The notes under the pieces are model-generated. The model saw only the letters and a list, made by a program, of their open reading frames with translations. It was not told the origin of the DNA and made no database searches. Of a stretch of 44,525 bases of DNA, positions 18,499 to 29,519 are shown piece after piece. The stretch spans positions 1 through 44,525 of the forward strand of contig WALU01000026.1 of assembly GCA_015522685.1 (NCBI GenBank). The letters are read 5' to 3'. This DNA is from Thermoproteota archaeon. GTDB taxonomy: Archaea > Korarchaeota > Korarchaeia > Korarchaeales > Korarchaeaceae. Made by a program: the position numbers and the translations under genes. How positions within the stretch are numbered: the first letter of the stretch is position 1; each line of letters opens with the position of its first letter.

Positions 18499-19983
18499 TT
18501 AGCTATAAATAGCATTTAGAAGAGGTTTTGTCAATATATAAATCATGGGTTTGAATTTGCTTGGTATTATGGCTCTTCCAAGCCCTCTGATATCCTCCTC
18601 CTTAAGCACACTGACCTTCATTAGAGCTAATAAGCTTACTGTGATGCTTATAACTGCACCTAGGATCCAGAGCCAGCCAGCTAGTCTGAAAGGCAAGGCT
18701 GGAAAGATCCCTAACATACTAGCAAGTAGAGCCTTACGAAGGATTCTCCAATCAAGGCGAAATCTCAGCTTCGACGAGGCAGTAGATGCATAATATAAGC
18801 CTGTGATGCTTCCTAGTAAGTAAGATAAGGCAACACCTCTAGATCCAAGGAAAGGTGTAGTTATAGAGTAGAATATGAGCCTAGGAATGCTTATTGCTAG
18901 GCCTATATTCAAAACCTGTCGAAACATATCTTTGGAGTAGCAAAGGTTAGTCACAGCTGATGAGATAAGGATCAGAATATTGGCCATTAGTATAAGTTCC
19001 AGCTCTAACCAAGCGCCTCTATAACTTTTCCCCAGTAGCCCGAGCAAGTAATCTGGAAACAGGAAGATGGAAACTGCCAGCGGGAGAGTGAACCCTAATC
19101 CTACCCTCAGTCCCCTCCAAGCAGCTCTCTTTCTTCCATCCTCCAATCCACTGAGATATGGGAGCATTATCTGCTGGATGGATCCCCCAATTCCTACTAC
19201 GAAGCCTGATGCAGCCATGGCTATGTAAAACCTTCCAGTATCGAAGGCTCCAAGGTAGCTGAAGGCGAAAATGACAGCAAGTTGCTGCCCGAGGACCATA
19301 ACCATGCTTGGCAGCCAGGTAGGCACTCCTGCTTTTATCAAATCCTTTAGATGGGTTATTCCAATATGGGGAGTCCCCAAGCTGATGAATGCATAGATTA
19401 GGCCTATAGAATCTATTATCAAGCCACTCATCATGTAGCCTATTATGGCCCCTACCCAGCCCAAGCCTAGGTATAGCAAAGAGATTCCAGTAGATAATTT
19501 TGCAATATTTCCGACTAGAATAGCAACGAGATAGGGAAAAGTTCTCATTAGAGCGACGAACATCGAAGCGAAAACTCCCGATAAGCTTATGAGGAGCAGT
19601 ATAGAGACAAAGATCAAGCTTGTTGGCCCATAATTGAGAAAGGTACAGCCAGTAAATCCTAGGTAGAGGATAGCTAAGGAAGGTAGCAGGTATATGAGGA
19701 ATAGGAAAATGAGAGACGTCCAGAAATATTTTCTAGCATTTTCAGGATCTCTTTCAGAATATTCTCCGATCCACTTCACCATTCCTCTAGGTACTCCTAA
19801 ATTCAGGACTGATGAGATCAAGAGAGCCATGCTAGATGTTGCACTCACATATCCTATCACCGACGGTCCTGATATCGCTGAGACTATAAGCCAGAAAAGA
19901 AATCCGAAGATACTATTAGTAAGCGAAGCTAAATAAATCCAAAGACTGCTCCTGACCACGCTTATGAATTCTTTAGGGGCCAT
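18499..19983 (-). CDS. Oligosaccharide flippase (Wzx/MOP-superfamily exporter)
   Basis: About 14 TM segments, a LNLGVPRGMVKWI motif and a MOP-like two-repeat organisation. Confidence 0.8.
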   Translation of the reverse strand: MAPKEFISVVRSSLWIYLASLTNSIFGFLFWLIVSAISGPSVIGYVSATSSMALLISSVLNLGVPRGMVKWIGEYSERDPENARKYFWTSLIFLFLIYLLPSLAILYLGFTGCTFLNYGPTSLIFVSILLLISLSGVFASMFVALMRTFPYLVAILVGNIAKLSTGISLLYLGLGWVGAIIGYMMSGLIIDSIGLIYAFISLGTPHIGITHLKDLIKAGVPTWLPSMVMVLGQQLAVIFAFSYLGAFDTGRFYIAMAASGFVVGIGGSIQQIMLPYLSGLEDGRKRAAWRGLRVGLGFTLPLAVSIFLFPDYLLGLLGKSYRGAWLELELILMANILILISSAVTNLCYSKDMFRQVLNIGLAISIPRLIFYSITTPFLGSRGVALSYLLGSITGLYYASTASSKLRFRLDWRILRKALLASMLGIFPALPFRLAGWLWILGAVISITVSLLALMKVSVLKEEDIRGLGRAIIPSKFKPMIYILTKPLLNAIYS

Positions 19984-20672
19984 TTCATGGTTAGCCCTCG
20001 TTACTTACTAAAAGTTTAAGCAACTTAGCTTAGTATAGTATAATTCCGATCATGTTAATCTTAAGGGAACATTTATAGAAAAATGAACAAGAAGTTCCAT
20101 GAATAGCCCTCGATTACCTTACCGAACAGTAAATTATGTCATTGTAGGCATATTCACTTCCTTTAATAATTCTATGACTCATCAAGACTCATTTCAGTAA
20201 GTTTTGCTTCTAGTATAATACCTCCAGTTTCTGCATGCCATAAGAGCTGCTCTAATTCTTGGAGGCGGACTCTCTATGAATTCCGATATGCTTCCGTCCT
20301 TCCTTCTCATTCTTATTTTTATACCTCTAGCTCCTCTCTTTAGCCTCTCCCACTTCTCAATCTTTTCCTTAGTCTCTACCACCGGAGAAAAAGGAAAGGA
20401 AGGACAATACAGACGATTAGAGTGATGTAAAAATGAGTTTAGGCTATACCCAAGCTTTGGTTAATGTATCAATTTTGAAGAGCTAATTATGGTACAGCTC
20501 CTTAGGGGAAATTAAGCCGTTACTCTACGAATTTAATCTTCCGCTATCTCTAGAGAAATCAAATAATTGGGAGGTACCCTACTTACTGGTCTTTTTTCTA
20601 GAAAATATTATCCCCCCCACTAATTATCTAAGAATTTTTAAGTAAGCATCAGCAGGATCTGAGAGCCAGAAA

Positions 20673-21878
20673 ATGGTAGACCCCGTCCTAAGCTTCATTA
20701 TCTCAATTGTTCTGCTTATGGGACTGCTGATCATGAAGCAAGAAGTCCATGTAGCTGTTACTGCATCGGCAATAGTGTTTGGAATTTTAACTCTTGGTTG
20801 GGGGATGATGGAATCAACCTTTAGAGGGATATTCGCGTATTCAACTCTGAAGCTCTTCATAGCCTTCTTCTCTGCTCTATTTCTCTCCTACATAATGAAA
20901 ACAGCCGGTATTTTGAGTAAAATGACGAGATTGTTCGCTAGCATAAGCTGCAATTTTGCATCCCTCTTCATCCCTTCACTAGTTGGTCTTATACCTATGC
21001 CTGGAGGCGCTCTAGTCTCAGCTATGATGCTGAAGAGACATTATTTGGACAAGCAGCGACTCGATAGCAATTTCGCATCTTACCTGAACTACTGGTTCAG
21101 GCATATATGGGTACCCGTCTGGCCTCTCTTCCAAGCTCTCATCCTAACAGCAGTAATACTAGATACCTCAATAGTCAGAGTTATAGAATCTACATTCCCC
21201 GCCGCTATCGGCTCCATAATAGCAGGCCTTGTTATAGCGTATCCTCTCCTGAGGAAGAGGACTGTAAAGTGCAAAGAACCTGTGGAGAGTAGATGGAGGC
21301 TCCTCCTTGCAGGATGGCCATTCTTTTTAGTAGTTGTACTTGTCTTCCTCATTAAGCTTCCCGTTGAGTTCTCCCTGCTAATTACAGCTATAACAACTGC
21401 TGTTTATGTAAAGCCGACAAAGAAGCAGTTCCTCAAGGGCATAAAATTTGCTCTCTCTCCCAAGATAGTGACTGTGATAATAGCTGTGATGATATATAGG
21501 CAATACGTGTTTGATAGTAGGTCAGCTGATGCCTTGCTTCACTTCATGTCCTCCCATGGTATACCCACAATGCCTGTGGTCTTTATCCTTCCCTTCATGG
21601 TAGGAGCAACTACTGCAGGTGAATTTGTCTATGCAGGAACTGCTTTTCCCTTACTTGTGAATATATTAGGCACCGGAAGCTCGATAAATGATTTAGCACT
21701 CTTAACGGGATATACAGGAGGTTATATAGGAATAATGATCTCCCCAGTACACCTCTGTCTGATACTTACTCTCGAGCATTATAATGGTAAATATTCCGGA
21801 GTCTATAAGTATATTGTGCCTACTTCGATAATAGCTGTGATGATATCTTTAGCTATAGGGATGATCCTATGGCATTAG
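20673..21878 (+). CDS. DUF401-like membrane transporter
   Basis: GLIPMPGGALVSA, NYWFRHIW and SPVHLCLILT motifs with about 12 TM segments. Confidence 0.8.
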   Translation: MVDPVLSFIISIVLLMGLLIMKQEVHVAVTASAIVFGILTLGWGMMESTFRGIFAYSTLKLFIAFFSALFLSYIMKTAGILSKMTRLFASISCNFASLFIPSLVGLIPMPGGALVSAMMLKRHYLDKQRLDSNFASYLNYWFRHIWVPVWPLFQALILTAVILDTSIVRVIESTFPAAIGSIIAGLVIAYPLLRKRTVKCKEPVESRWRLLLAGWPFFLVVVLVFLIKLPVEFSLLITAITTAVYVKPTKKQFLKGIKFALSPKIVTVIIAVMIYRQYVFDSRSADALLHFMSSHGIPTMPVVFILPFMVGATTAGEFVYAGTAFPLLVNILGTGSSINDLALLTGYTGGYIGIMISPVHLCLILTLEHYNGKYSGVYKYIVPTSIIAVMISLAIGMILWH

Positions 21879-22315
21879 CTGAGGATAGGGTAGGATAAGA
21901 CGGCATTGCCGCCTGAAGTCTTCAACAGATTAAAGGAAAATCTCTCCAGTGAAAATCCTCAAGGATCTTGTGAGGGGGACTCCCTCTAAGGCATCCATAT
22001 TATGCTCACGTTGAACGCCACCAAGGGAGGTAAAGTAGGCTAGGCAGCTCACGATATCATAAATCAGTGAGGATTCCAAAGTCGCTATAAAAAGGTCAAA
22101 GTTTTCGCTGTCACAGAATTAGAATCAGAAGAGCGTTAAGCAGAATTAGGTTTTAAAAGCTTTTAGAGGCATTCATGATGCATCCGATGAAGCAGTGTGG
22201 TCTGTAGGTGGGAAAGTGGCTGCGCTTCCGGAAGCAGGTATAACGTTCCTAAGGCGACAGTTGGGCTATAAATGTTAAAATTCTCATACTCCCTAAGGAC
22301 TAAGAAAAAGAGCGA

Positions 22316-24775
22316 GTGAGATCAGAGATGGATACATCTTGCATTGCATTAGTTCTACTGCTAGTGTTGGCTATCTCCATCATATCAGTGAGAGGGCAAT
22401 CTTCCCAGTTGAAGGTGGAGCTTCCTTCAGAGTCAGTTAACCCCGGCGAGCCAATTAAAGTTACTGTTGGCGTAGAGGGAGTCTCTACAGGAGCCTATGT
22501 CAGATTGAATCTAGCAATAGTATCAGGGAATAAGACCATTTGCCATGAGGAAAAATACCTAACTGTAAAAGAACCTGAAATTGTATATTTTGAGATTACA
22601 GCGCCAGATAATCCAGGAGTATATTCTCTAATTATTTCTCTTCACTCTCAGGCTCAGGGAGCAAATACGTCGCAGGAGGTACCTCTGTTTGTAATCCCAT
22701 CCCTCAAATATATCACATCTATAGCTCTCAAGTTAGCAGACATTGATGATGGGCTTGAGAAGCTGAGGATGGTAAAATTTAACAATACTGAGATAACAGA
22801 TCTATTACAGTCGAGAGCCAAGTTATCTAGCGAATTTGGGTATCTAGTTAGGCTTATAGTTGAGGATAAAGATCCCAAGAGGGCTGCTCAGCTTTACGAT
22901 GTTATAACGAAGTCCCTAAACTATCTAGATGAAAGAATAAAAGAGATATGGAATGTTGAGCTGATGGTATGGTCTGTCTCGAGCAGTATAGATTCTTCTC
23001 TGAGAATGCCGCCTAGCGTAAGCTTGGAATTCTGGTATAGAATAATTACTGCCTCTTTGTGGGTTATGCTGATCTTATTGGCCCTCTTTCCCCTATATAC
23101 AACAGGTTACACTACTCTCACATATTACCTAGTCTCAGAAATGAAAGAAAGCTCGTATGTAATTGAACAGGCTAATAAGAGAGCTCTTGCAATATTAGAG
23201 AGAGCTTATGAGCAGATAAAGTGGATATCGGATCCAAAATCAATGATATTAACTGCCTTAGCCAGTGCTCTGGCCGCTATAGGGCTAATGGCAAACAATG
23301 TTTACGCCATAATAGGATCTATGCTCCTATCCCCTTTGATGGGTGCGATAGTATCAGGGGCTGTGGGCCTAGCTCTCATAGATGTGAGGAAAGAAGATAA
23401 ATCTGGTCTAGATCTCTTTTATACAGGTCTAAAGCTTGGCGTGGAAGGGATCTTCATAATAATAGCTCTCTCATGGATAACTGCAGTAATAGCCAACTCA
23501 TACGTCCCTCTTCAAGTTACGAAGGAGCTAGCTGCTAGGGGAAGCCCTAACCTAGTAGATTTAGCTATAGCGATTGCTGCCGGTTTTGCAGGAGCTGTAG
23601 CCATGACATATGAAAAAGCTGAGGCTGCTCTCGCCGGCTCTGCTATAGCAATAGCTCTAGTTCCTCCAGCAGCTGCTGTTGGGGTCTCTATGGCTATGCT
23701 GAATCCTTCCTTCTTCGTGGGGTCTGCTACCTTAGTGACGGTCAACATAATAGCCTTGATAGCCGCTGGTTATATTTCTGCTAAGCTCTATGCAATATAT
23801 CCCGTAATTGAGGATGTCCTCCGTGAATTCATGGGATCCTTTAATGAAGCTTCTGGAAGAATGGCAAGAGCTGGAGCTGAAGTAGTTCTCAGATCTATTG
23901 GATCGCTAATAGTTGCATCAATTTGGTTCCTCTCAGTGTGGATAAAGGTATCCGTAGGCTTACTGGGAGCAAAATCTTCTAAGGAAGCCTTGAAGACTGT
24001 GACTAGGAGGGTAGCCTTCATCCTCTCTCCAATAATCTTCAGCTGGTTAATAGGGTTTATTATATCAACAAATGTTTCTGAGGCATTCTCCCTAGCTCAC
24101 CTGATCTTGTTGTACGGTATTACTCCAATTATTAATTTAATAAGTCCTTTAGCCGATATTTTATCATCTAATACCATTTTTATTCTAGACTCAGCTTTAT
24201 CTCTGATTCTGCTCTGGCTAATAATAGTTGAAGGAGCGAGAGCTAGGAAGACGGGCCTAATCAGGCATAAAATCTGGACAGCTATATATACTACATTTTT
24301 ATGGCTCATTTCAGGCTATCTGTTGGGTATAAACAGGTTCGCTCATATAAGCGCTGCATATACAATCCTGCTTTTGAGCATGGTGGTAGTTTACTCAAAC
24401 CCTTATCTATGGGAGAGGAGGAAGAAAATAGTTCTTTTTGGATTCATTCTTTTCACGTTTCTAACTCTCATGATACATAGCGCTGCAGCATTCGAATCTA
24501 TGAGGGCATCCCAAACCCTGAGCACTAGCAACGTAGTTAAGGTGATTAAGGAGGTGATATCATCTTATGCAGGAGTCCTGCCCAGTGATGTGAATGTATC
24601 CATGTCATCTAAGGAAGCTGAGTGGGTGTTACATGCTAAGATCTATATAAGCGAGTCCCAGCTTAGAAAGGGGCATGTAATGACACCAGCAGTTGTAAAA
24701 GCAGCTCAACAGACTCTAAAGGATGCCCTAGGAATAGATATCAAGTTATTCGTTGAATATGCCATAACACCATGA
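22316..24775 (+). CDS. DUF389-domain membrane protein with N-terminal extracellular Ig-like domain
   Basis: Signal peptide, a TAPDNPGVY Ig-like region, and IIGSMLLSPLMG, PNLVDLAIAIAAG and AIAIALVPPAA motifs. Confidence 0.8.
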   Translation: MRSEMDTSCIALVLLLVLAISIISVRGQSSQLKVELPSESVNPGEPIKVTVGVEGVSTGAYVRLNLAIVSGNKTICHEEKYLTVKEPEIVYFEITAPDNPGVYSLIISLHSQAQGANTSQEVPLFVIPSLKYITSIALKLADIDDGLEKLRMVKFNNTEITDLLQSRAKLSSEFGYLVRLIVEDKDPKRAAQLYDVITKSLNYLDERIKEIWNVELMVWSVSSSIDSSLRMPPSVSLEFWYRIITASLWVMLILLALFPLYTTGYTTLTYYLVSEMKESSYVIEQANKRALAILERAYEQIKWISDPKSMILTALASALAAIGLMANNVYAIIGSMLLSPLMGAIVSGAVGLALIDVRKEDKSGLDLFYTGLKLGVEGIFIIIALSWITAVIANSYVPLQVTKELAARGSPNLVDLAIAIAAGFAGAVAMTYEKAEAALAGSAIAIALVPPAAAVGVSMAMLNPSFFVGSATLVTVNIIALIAAGYISAKLYAIYPVIEDVLREFMGSFNEASGRMARAGAEVVLRSIGSLIVASIWFLSVWIKVSVGLLGAKSSKEALKTVTRRVAFILSPIIFSWLIGFIISTNVSEAFSLAHLILLYGITPIINLISPLADILSSNTIFILDSALSLILLWLIIVEGARARKTGLIRHKIWTAIYTTFLWLISGYLLGINRFAHISAAYTILLLSMVVVYSNPYLWERRKKIVLFGFILFTFLTLMIHSAAAFESMRASQTLSTSNVVKVIKEVISSYAGVLPSDVNVSMSSKEAEWVLHAKIYISESQLRKGHVMTPAVVKAAQQTLKDALGIDIKLFVEYAITP

Positions 24776-24814
24776 TTGTGATTATGAGAGCGATTTTATG
24801 GAGAGGAATGGATT

Positions 24815-25819
24815 ATGAGATTTATGTGGATAGATATAGCGAATGAGCCCCATGTTAGGCTTTGGAAGAGGTTCCTCTCCCGCTACCCTCAGAAAGCACT
24901 GATAACAGTGAGAAGAAAAGGACTGCTAGTGGATCTAGTGAACAGGATCATGCCTGAATCCAAGCCAATTATTATAGGGAGATGGGAAAGCGATGAGGCT
25001 GAAAAGATAAGAGCTTTTGCAGATAGAGTAAGGGAACTAACAATTCTCCTTGACAATTATGATGTAAACTTGGCCATATCCAAGGGATCTGCGGAGCAAG
25101 CCAGAGTCGCCTTTGGCCTCTCAATACCTTTCGTGGCTCTAAATGATAATGATCTCCCTCCCCACATCATAACTAAACTTACCTTCCCTCTATCTAAAGT
25201 GGCTGTAGTTCCGGAGTGTTTTTCCGGTCCAATATATGGACCGGTAATTAGATTTCCCGGAGTTTTTGAGATTTCCCACGTCTTAGACTACCTTAAAAAT
25301 CCGACTAAGAAGGAGCATAGGAGACTAGGATTGGATGAAGGCAAGTATTTTGTAGTGAGGCCTCCTCCAGTTGGGTCCCACTACCTCAAGGAAGAAGCCG
25401 GCTCCTTTGATCTCCTAATATATAAGCTCCTAAAAGAGACTGGATTGAAGGAGGTTAGATTCCTTAGGAAGGGAGGGATAAAGCTCCCTAGTGGCAGGAT
25501 TATCAAAAGTGTGGTAGATGGACTGGACCTCATGTCAACCTCCGCAGGTGTCATTAGTGGGGGAGGGACAATGGCAAGGGAAGCAGCAATCTTAGGGATC
25601 CCCTCTATATCACTCTTCCCTAGAGAAGATCCCTGCGTCTCTAAGGTGTTGATGAATGCTGGATTGCTCATAAAGCCAAAGGCATCTAAGCTAGTAAAGG
25701 AGTTTATATTCATATCAAAAGCGAGAGATGAGCTTAAAGACCTCGCTCATAAGTTCCTGAATGAGCATGGAGATCCAGTAGATGCCATAGCTGAGGCCAT
25801 CCGCCTAGCTACATCCTAA
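24815..25819 (+). CDS. DUF354-family (GT-B glycosyltransferase-like) protein
   Basis: MWIDIANEPHV, RVAFGLSIP and GGGTMAREAAILGIPSIS motifs. Confidence 0.82.
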   Translation: MRFMWIDIANEPHVRLWKRFLSRYPQKALITVRRKGLLVDLVNRIMPESKPIIIGRWESDEAEKIRAFADRVRELTILLDNYDVNLAISKGSAEQARVAFGLSIPFVALNDNDLPPHIITKLTFPLSKVAVVPECFSGPIYGPVIRFPGVFEISHVLDYLKNPTKKEHRRLGLDEGKYFVVRPPPVGSHYLKEEAGSFDLLIYKLLKETGLKEVRFLRKGGIKLPSGRIIKSVVDGLDLMSTSAGVISGGGTMAREAAILGIPSISLFPREDPCVSKVLMNAGLLIKPKASKLVKEFIFISKARDELKDLAHKFLNEHGDPVDAIAEAIRLATS

Positions 25820-25867
25820 CAGATCATCCTCAAGATTTTCAGCGAGATGCTACTTAGACGCATCAGC

Positions 25868-26740
25868 TCAGCTGTTCACCTTCCACAATACTCCTCTATC
25901 TCCAGCCTCAGCTACCACCCTACTTTCCTCATAGAGCCTTGCGAGCAGAGATCTTACTGTCACGGCACCAAGTATGACAGAGCTTACCGTAATGTTCCCT
26001 CCTCCATCCTTGATAATCCTGGCTGAGATCTCCTCGGCTGTGAATGGCCCATCTGCCAGAATTCCTAGCAGCTTACCTGGAAGGTCCTCCATAGCATTAA
26101 TATTGAGGTCCAGCAGTTCCTCTGCCCTTCTACCCTCAACTATGGGACCATGAGATGGAATGAGCTTGTAGTAATCCCTTACATGATCTTTCAGCCATCT
26201 AAGAGTTTCTAGAGCTGCTTTATAATCCTGATGATAGAGGATCACGACACTCTTAAGGAGCCTATCCCCGAAGAAAGAATCGGCAGCATAAAGTATTCCG
26301 CTTTCAGTTGCATAACCAACCTGTCCGTAGGTATGACCTGGCAGAGATACGGCTTCTAGAGGGCCCAGCTTGAAGGGCAATCTAAAAACGTGATCTACTT
26401 GAATGCTTACGCCCTTCACATGATATATTAGCCCCTCAGGAGCATATCCACCGAAGGTTACTGCTCTTCTTAAACCCACGGATTCGATGCCGCATGCCTC
26501 AATTATGTGAGCATACACTCCCTCCTCGCTCTCCAGCCCTTTAGCAGCCAGAACATGATCTGAATGAAAATGTGTGATCATAATGCCTTTTATCTTGTCC
26601 TTAGCTTGAGCCTTAATCTCCTCAGTTCGGTCCTCAGATGATCCCGGATCCACTATGTAAAACTTATCCTCCCATGGAACGAACATCGTAGAGGGGCTGC
26701 CTAGGAGAAGCTTGACTCCCTTTCCGACGCCCTTGAGCAT
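25868..26740 (-). CDS. Metallo-beta-lactamase fold hydrolase with C-terminal wHTH-like tail
   Basis: THFHSDH, PGHT, AADS and PSHG motifs. Confidence 0.88.
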   Translation of the reverse strand: MLKGVGKGVKLLLGSPSTMFVPWEDKFYIVDPGSSEDRTEEIKAQAKDKIKGIMITHFHSDHVLAAKGLESEEGVYAHIIEACGIESVGLRRAVTFGGYAPEGLIYHVKGVSIQVDHVFRLPFKLGPLEAVSLPGHTYGQVGYATESGILYAADSFFGDRLLKSVVILYHQDYKAALETLRWLKDHVRDYYKLIPSHGPIVEGRRAEELLDLNINAMEDLPGKLLGILADGPFTAEEISARIIKDGGGNITVSSVILGAVTVRSLLARLYEESRVVAEAGDRGVLWKVNS

Positions 26741-26778
26741 AAGCCACTATGAGGTGGGAGTGTAATAATCTTTCGCAG

Positions 26779-26824
26779 TCAGATCTCTGACCTCCTTAAG
26801 AATCCACCCTATCTTCCGTCATCA
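26779..26824 (-). ncRNA. Candidate box C/D guide sRNA
   Basis: The minus strand reads TGATGA-N12-TGGA-TTCT-TAAGGA-N10-CTGA. C and D boxes are good, C'/D' are degenerate, and the site is intergenic. Confidence 0.3.
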
Positions 26825-27089
26825 GTATACCGCAGCTGCCAACAGCGCATAGTCCAAGTGAAAGGTCTTCCTAGCTTAATCATGGCTGCGCAATTTTGAA
26901 TCATTCAAATCACAAATGGCCTTTTATAGTTTCTAAGATCCAAACTACCTCAGTACACAATTAAATTAAAGCTCATATAACCAGTAGAAAGAAGAAGCAT
27001 CCAGGCCATTGGTAAGGAACCTGCTGAATGCTCTCTTCCCTGAGGGAACTCATTTTATTATATAGGGAGGTATAGGAAAGGGTGATCGA

Positions 27090-28352
27090 ATGCCTAGCTC
27101 TAGGATTCCAGGTTTTTACAAGCTATCTATAGATAGGAGGATAGAGATAGTGAAGGAATTCGCTGGCTTGAGTGATGAGGAGGCTGAAGTCCTCAAGCAT
27201 GGCAAATTTCCCCTTGAAGTAGCAGATCACATGATAGAGAATGTGGTAGGCCTCTGGCCCCTGCCCCTTGGGATAGCAACAAACTTCCTCATCAATGGAA
27301 GAGATTATTTAGTTCCTATGGCTATAGAGGAGCCCAGTGTGGTTGCGGCAGCTAGCAATGCAGCAAAGATGGTTAGGGAATCAGGAGGATTCCAAGCTGA
27401 GGTCGCAGAATCGGTAATGATATCGCAAATCCAAGTGGTTAGGGTACCAGATATAGAGGAGGCTAAAAGATCTATTTTAGCTGAGAAGGGAAAACTAATC
27501 GAACTGGCAAATGAGATGGATTCTCTCCTGATTAAACTGGGTGGGGGAGCTCGAGATCTAGAAGTGAGAACTGTAGAAACTGATGCAGGTCCCATGCTCG
27601 TAATCCACCTATATGTCGATACTTTGGATGCCATGGGAGCCAATACAGTGAACACTATGGCCGAAGGCTTAGCTCCTACTGTTGAGAGGATCACAGGAGG
27701 GAGGGTCTATCTAAGGATCCTCTCTAATCTGGCTGATAGGAGATTAGCTAGAGTAAAGGCTAAGTTCGCTAAATCATCCATTGGAGGGGAGGAAGTAGTA
27801 GATGGAATTATGTGGGCCTATCGTTTCGCAAAATATGATCCTTATAGAGCAGCTACTCACAATAAGGGGATAATGAACGGGATAATAGCTGTAGCGAGAG
27901 CCACAGGCCAAGACACTAGAGCATTGGAGGCCGGCGCTCATAGCTATGCTGCTAGGGATGGTCGTTACACTTCCCTTTCCGAGTATTGGGTCGATGGAGA
28001 TGGAGATCTCTGGGGCAGCTTGGAGCTTCCTCTGGCTGTAGGTACAGTGGGAGGAGTTGTGAGAGTACATCCGATAGCTAAGCTGGCTCTCAAGATTCTA
28101 GGGATTAAGAAAGCAAGCGAGTTAGCGAAGGTAATAGTCTCAGTAGGATTAGCTCAGAACTTCGCTGCTCTGAAGGCTCTGGCAACCGAAGGAATACAGG
28201 CAGGCCATATGAAGCTGCATGCCCGCAATATAGCTTTAGCGGCGGGAGCAAAACCTGAAGAGGTGGATAAAGTAACTGAGAGAATGATAAGGGAGAAGAA
28301 AATCAATCTGGAGAAGGCTAAGGAGATATTGGGGGAGATAAGAGGTGGTTAA
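27090..28352 (+). CDS. mvaA: Class II HMG-CoA reductase
   Basis: MIENVVG, EEPSVVAAAS, DAMGANTVNT, RAATHNKGIMNG and GIQAGHMKLH motifs. Confidence 0.95.
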   Translation: MPSSRIPGFYKLSIDRRIEIVKEFAGLSDEEAEVLKHGKFPLEVADHMIENVVGLWPLPLGIATNFLINGRDYLVPMAIEEPSVVAAASNAAKMVRESGGFQAEVAESVMISQIQVVRVPDIEEAKRSILAEKGKLIELANEMDSLLIKLGGGARDLEVRTVETDAGPMLVIHLYVDTLDAMGANTVNTMAEGLAPTVERITGGRVYLRILSNLADRRLARVKAKFAKSSIGGEEVVDGIMWAYRFAKYDPYRAATHNKGIMNGIIAVARATGQDTRALEAGAHSYAARDGRYTSLSEYWVDGDGDLWGSLELPLAVGTVGGVVRVHPIAKLALKILGIKKASELAKVIVSVGLAQNFAALKALATEGIQAGHMKLHARNIALAAGAKPEEVDKVTERMIREKKINLEKAKEILGEIRGG

Positions 28353-29439
28353 GGAGATCAAGGTATACCTCATCCAAATGGATCTTGTCTCCCCCTTCGA
28401 GATAAGCACGGGAGTGATCGAGAGGAGGCAGACGGTCATAGTTCGGGTGGGAGAAGATGGAGTTGTAGGCTGGGGTGAAGCCCCAGCAGATTCCAAACCC
28501 ATCTACTCATATGAGACCGCTGAGATATCATTTTACATTATAAAGGAGTTTCTAGCCGAGCACGCTATTTCTTCTGAAGGACCTGAAGACTTCCTTGAGA
28601 GGGTTAGGTTTGTTAGAGGGCATCAGATGGCTAAGGCTGGAGTTGAGATGGCTCTATGGGATTTAGAGGCAAAAAAGAAAGGAATCCCTCTATGGAAGCT
28701 CTTAGGAGGGACAAAAGAAGAGATAGATAGCGGCGTGAGCGTGGGAATACAATCTACTCTCGAGAATCTGCTGAAAGTCGTTGATTCCTATTTGAAGAAA
28801 GGATATAAAAGAATAAAGCTGAAAATAAAGCCAGGATGGGACTATGAGATAGTTAAAGCTGTCAGAGAGGAATATCCAGATATTATGCTCCAAGTAGATG
28901 CCAACGCTGCTTATAGACTGAACGACTGGTATCACCTGAGGAAGCTGGATGAATTCAATCTCCTCATGCTAGAGCAGCCCCTCGATTATGATGATTTAGT
29001 GAATCACTCGATCTTAGCCAAGATGATAAGGACTCCAATATGCTTAGATGAATCAATAAAGAAGCCAGAAGATGCTTACAAGGCATACAGGCTTGGAAGC
29101 TGTTCTATAATAAATATAAAGCCAGCCAGAGTAGGTGGACTCATTAACACAAAGAGGATACATGATTTCTGCGATTCTGTTGGAATGCCCGTCTGGATAG
29201 GCGGACTTTTAGAGACAGGCATTGGAAGAGGACATCAGGTTGCTGCAGCGACATTACCTAATGTGAGATTCCCTAACGATATATCTGCCAGCGATCGCTA
29301 CTATGAGAAGGATATAGTGGAGCCGCCTTGGTCTCTCACAAGTAGAAGCACGATTGTAGCTCCGAGAAAGCCTGGAATAGGGGTCGAGGTAATGGAGGAT
29401 AGATTGGAAAAGCATGCGCTTAGAGAGTTCTCCTTGTAG
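28345..29439 (+). CDS. menC: o-succinylbenzoate synthase / N-acylamino acid racemase (enolase superfamily)
   Basis: KLKIKPG, VDANAAY, EQPL, CLDESI, INIKPARVGG and DISASDRYY motifs. Confidence 0.85.
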   Translation: MVKEIKVYLIQMDLVSPFEISTGVIERRQTVIVRVGEDGVVGWGEAPADSKPIYSYETAEISFYIIKEFLAEHAISSEGPEDFLERVRFVRGHQMAKAGVEMALWDLEAKKKGIPLWKLLGGTKEEIDSGVSVGIQSTLENLLKVVDSYLKKGYKRIKLKIKPGWDYEIVKAVREEYPDIMLQVDANAAYRLNDWYHLRKLDEFNLLMLEQPLDYDDLVNHSILAKMIRTPICLDESIKKPEDAYKAYRLGSCSIINIKPARVGGLINTKRIHDFCDSVGMPVWIGGLLETGIGRGHQVAAATLPNVRFPNDISASDRYYEKDIVEPPWSLTSRSTIVAPRKPGIGVEVMEDRLEKHALREFSL

Positions 29440-29519
29440 ATCTTAGTGGAAAATTTCTTTTTATCCACTACTTTTCTCTTTCCAACACCAATAACTACAT
29501 GCACAAGAACGAAGAAATC

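Noticed and set aside
20194-20382. 62-aa basic ORF
   Set aside because: Short, GTG start and no recognisable family. It could be a remnant but cannot be supported.
22170-22265. GC-richer intergenic stretch with partial box C-like motifs
   Set aside because: No properly spaced CTGA box D and no tRNA cloverleaf.
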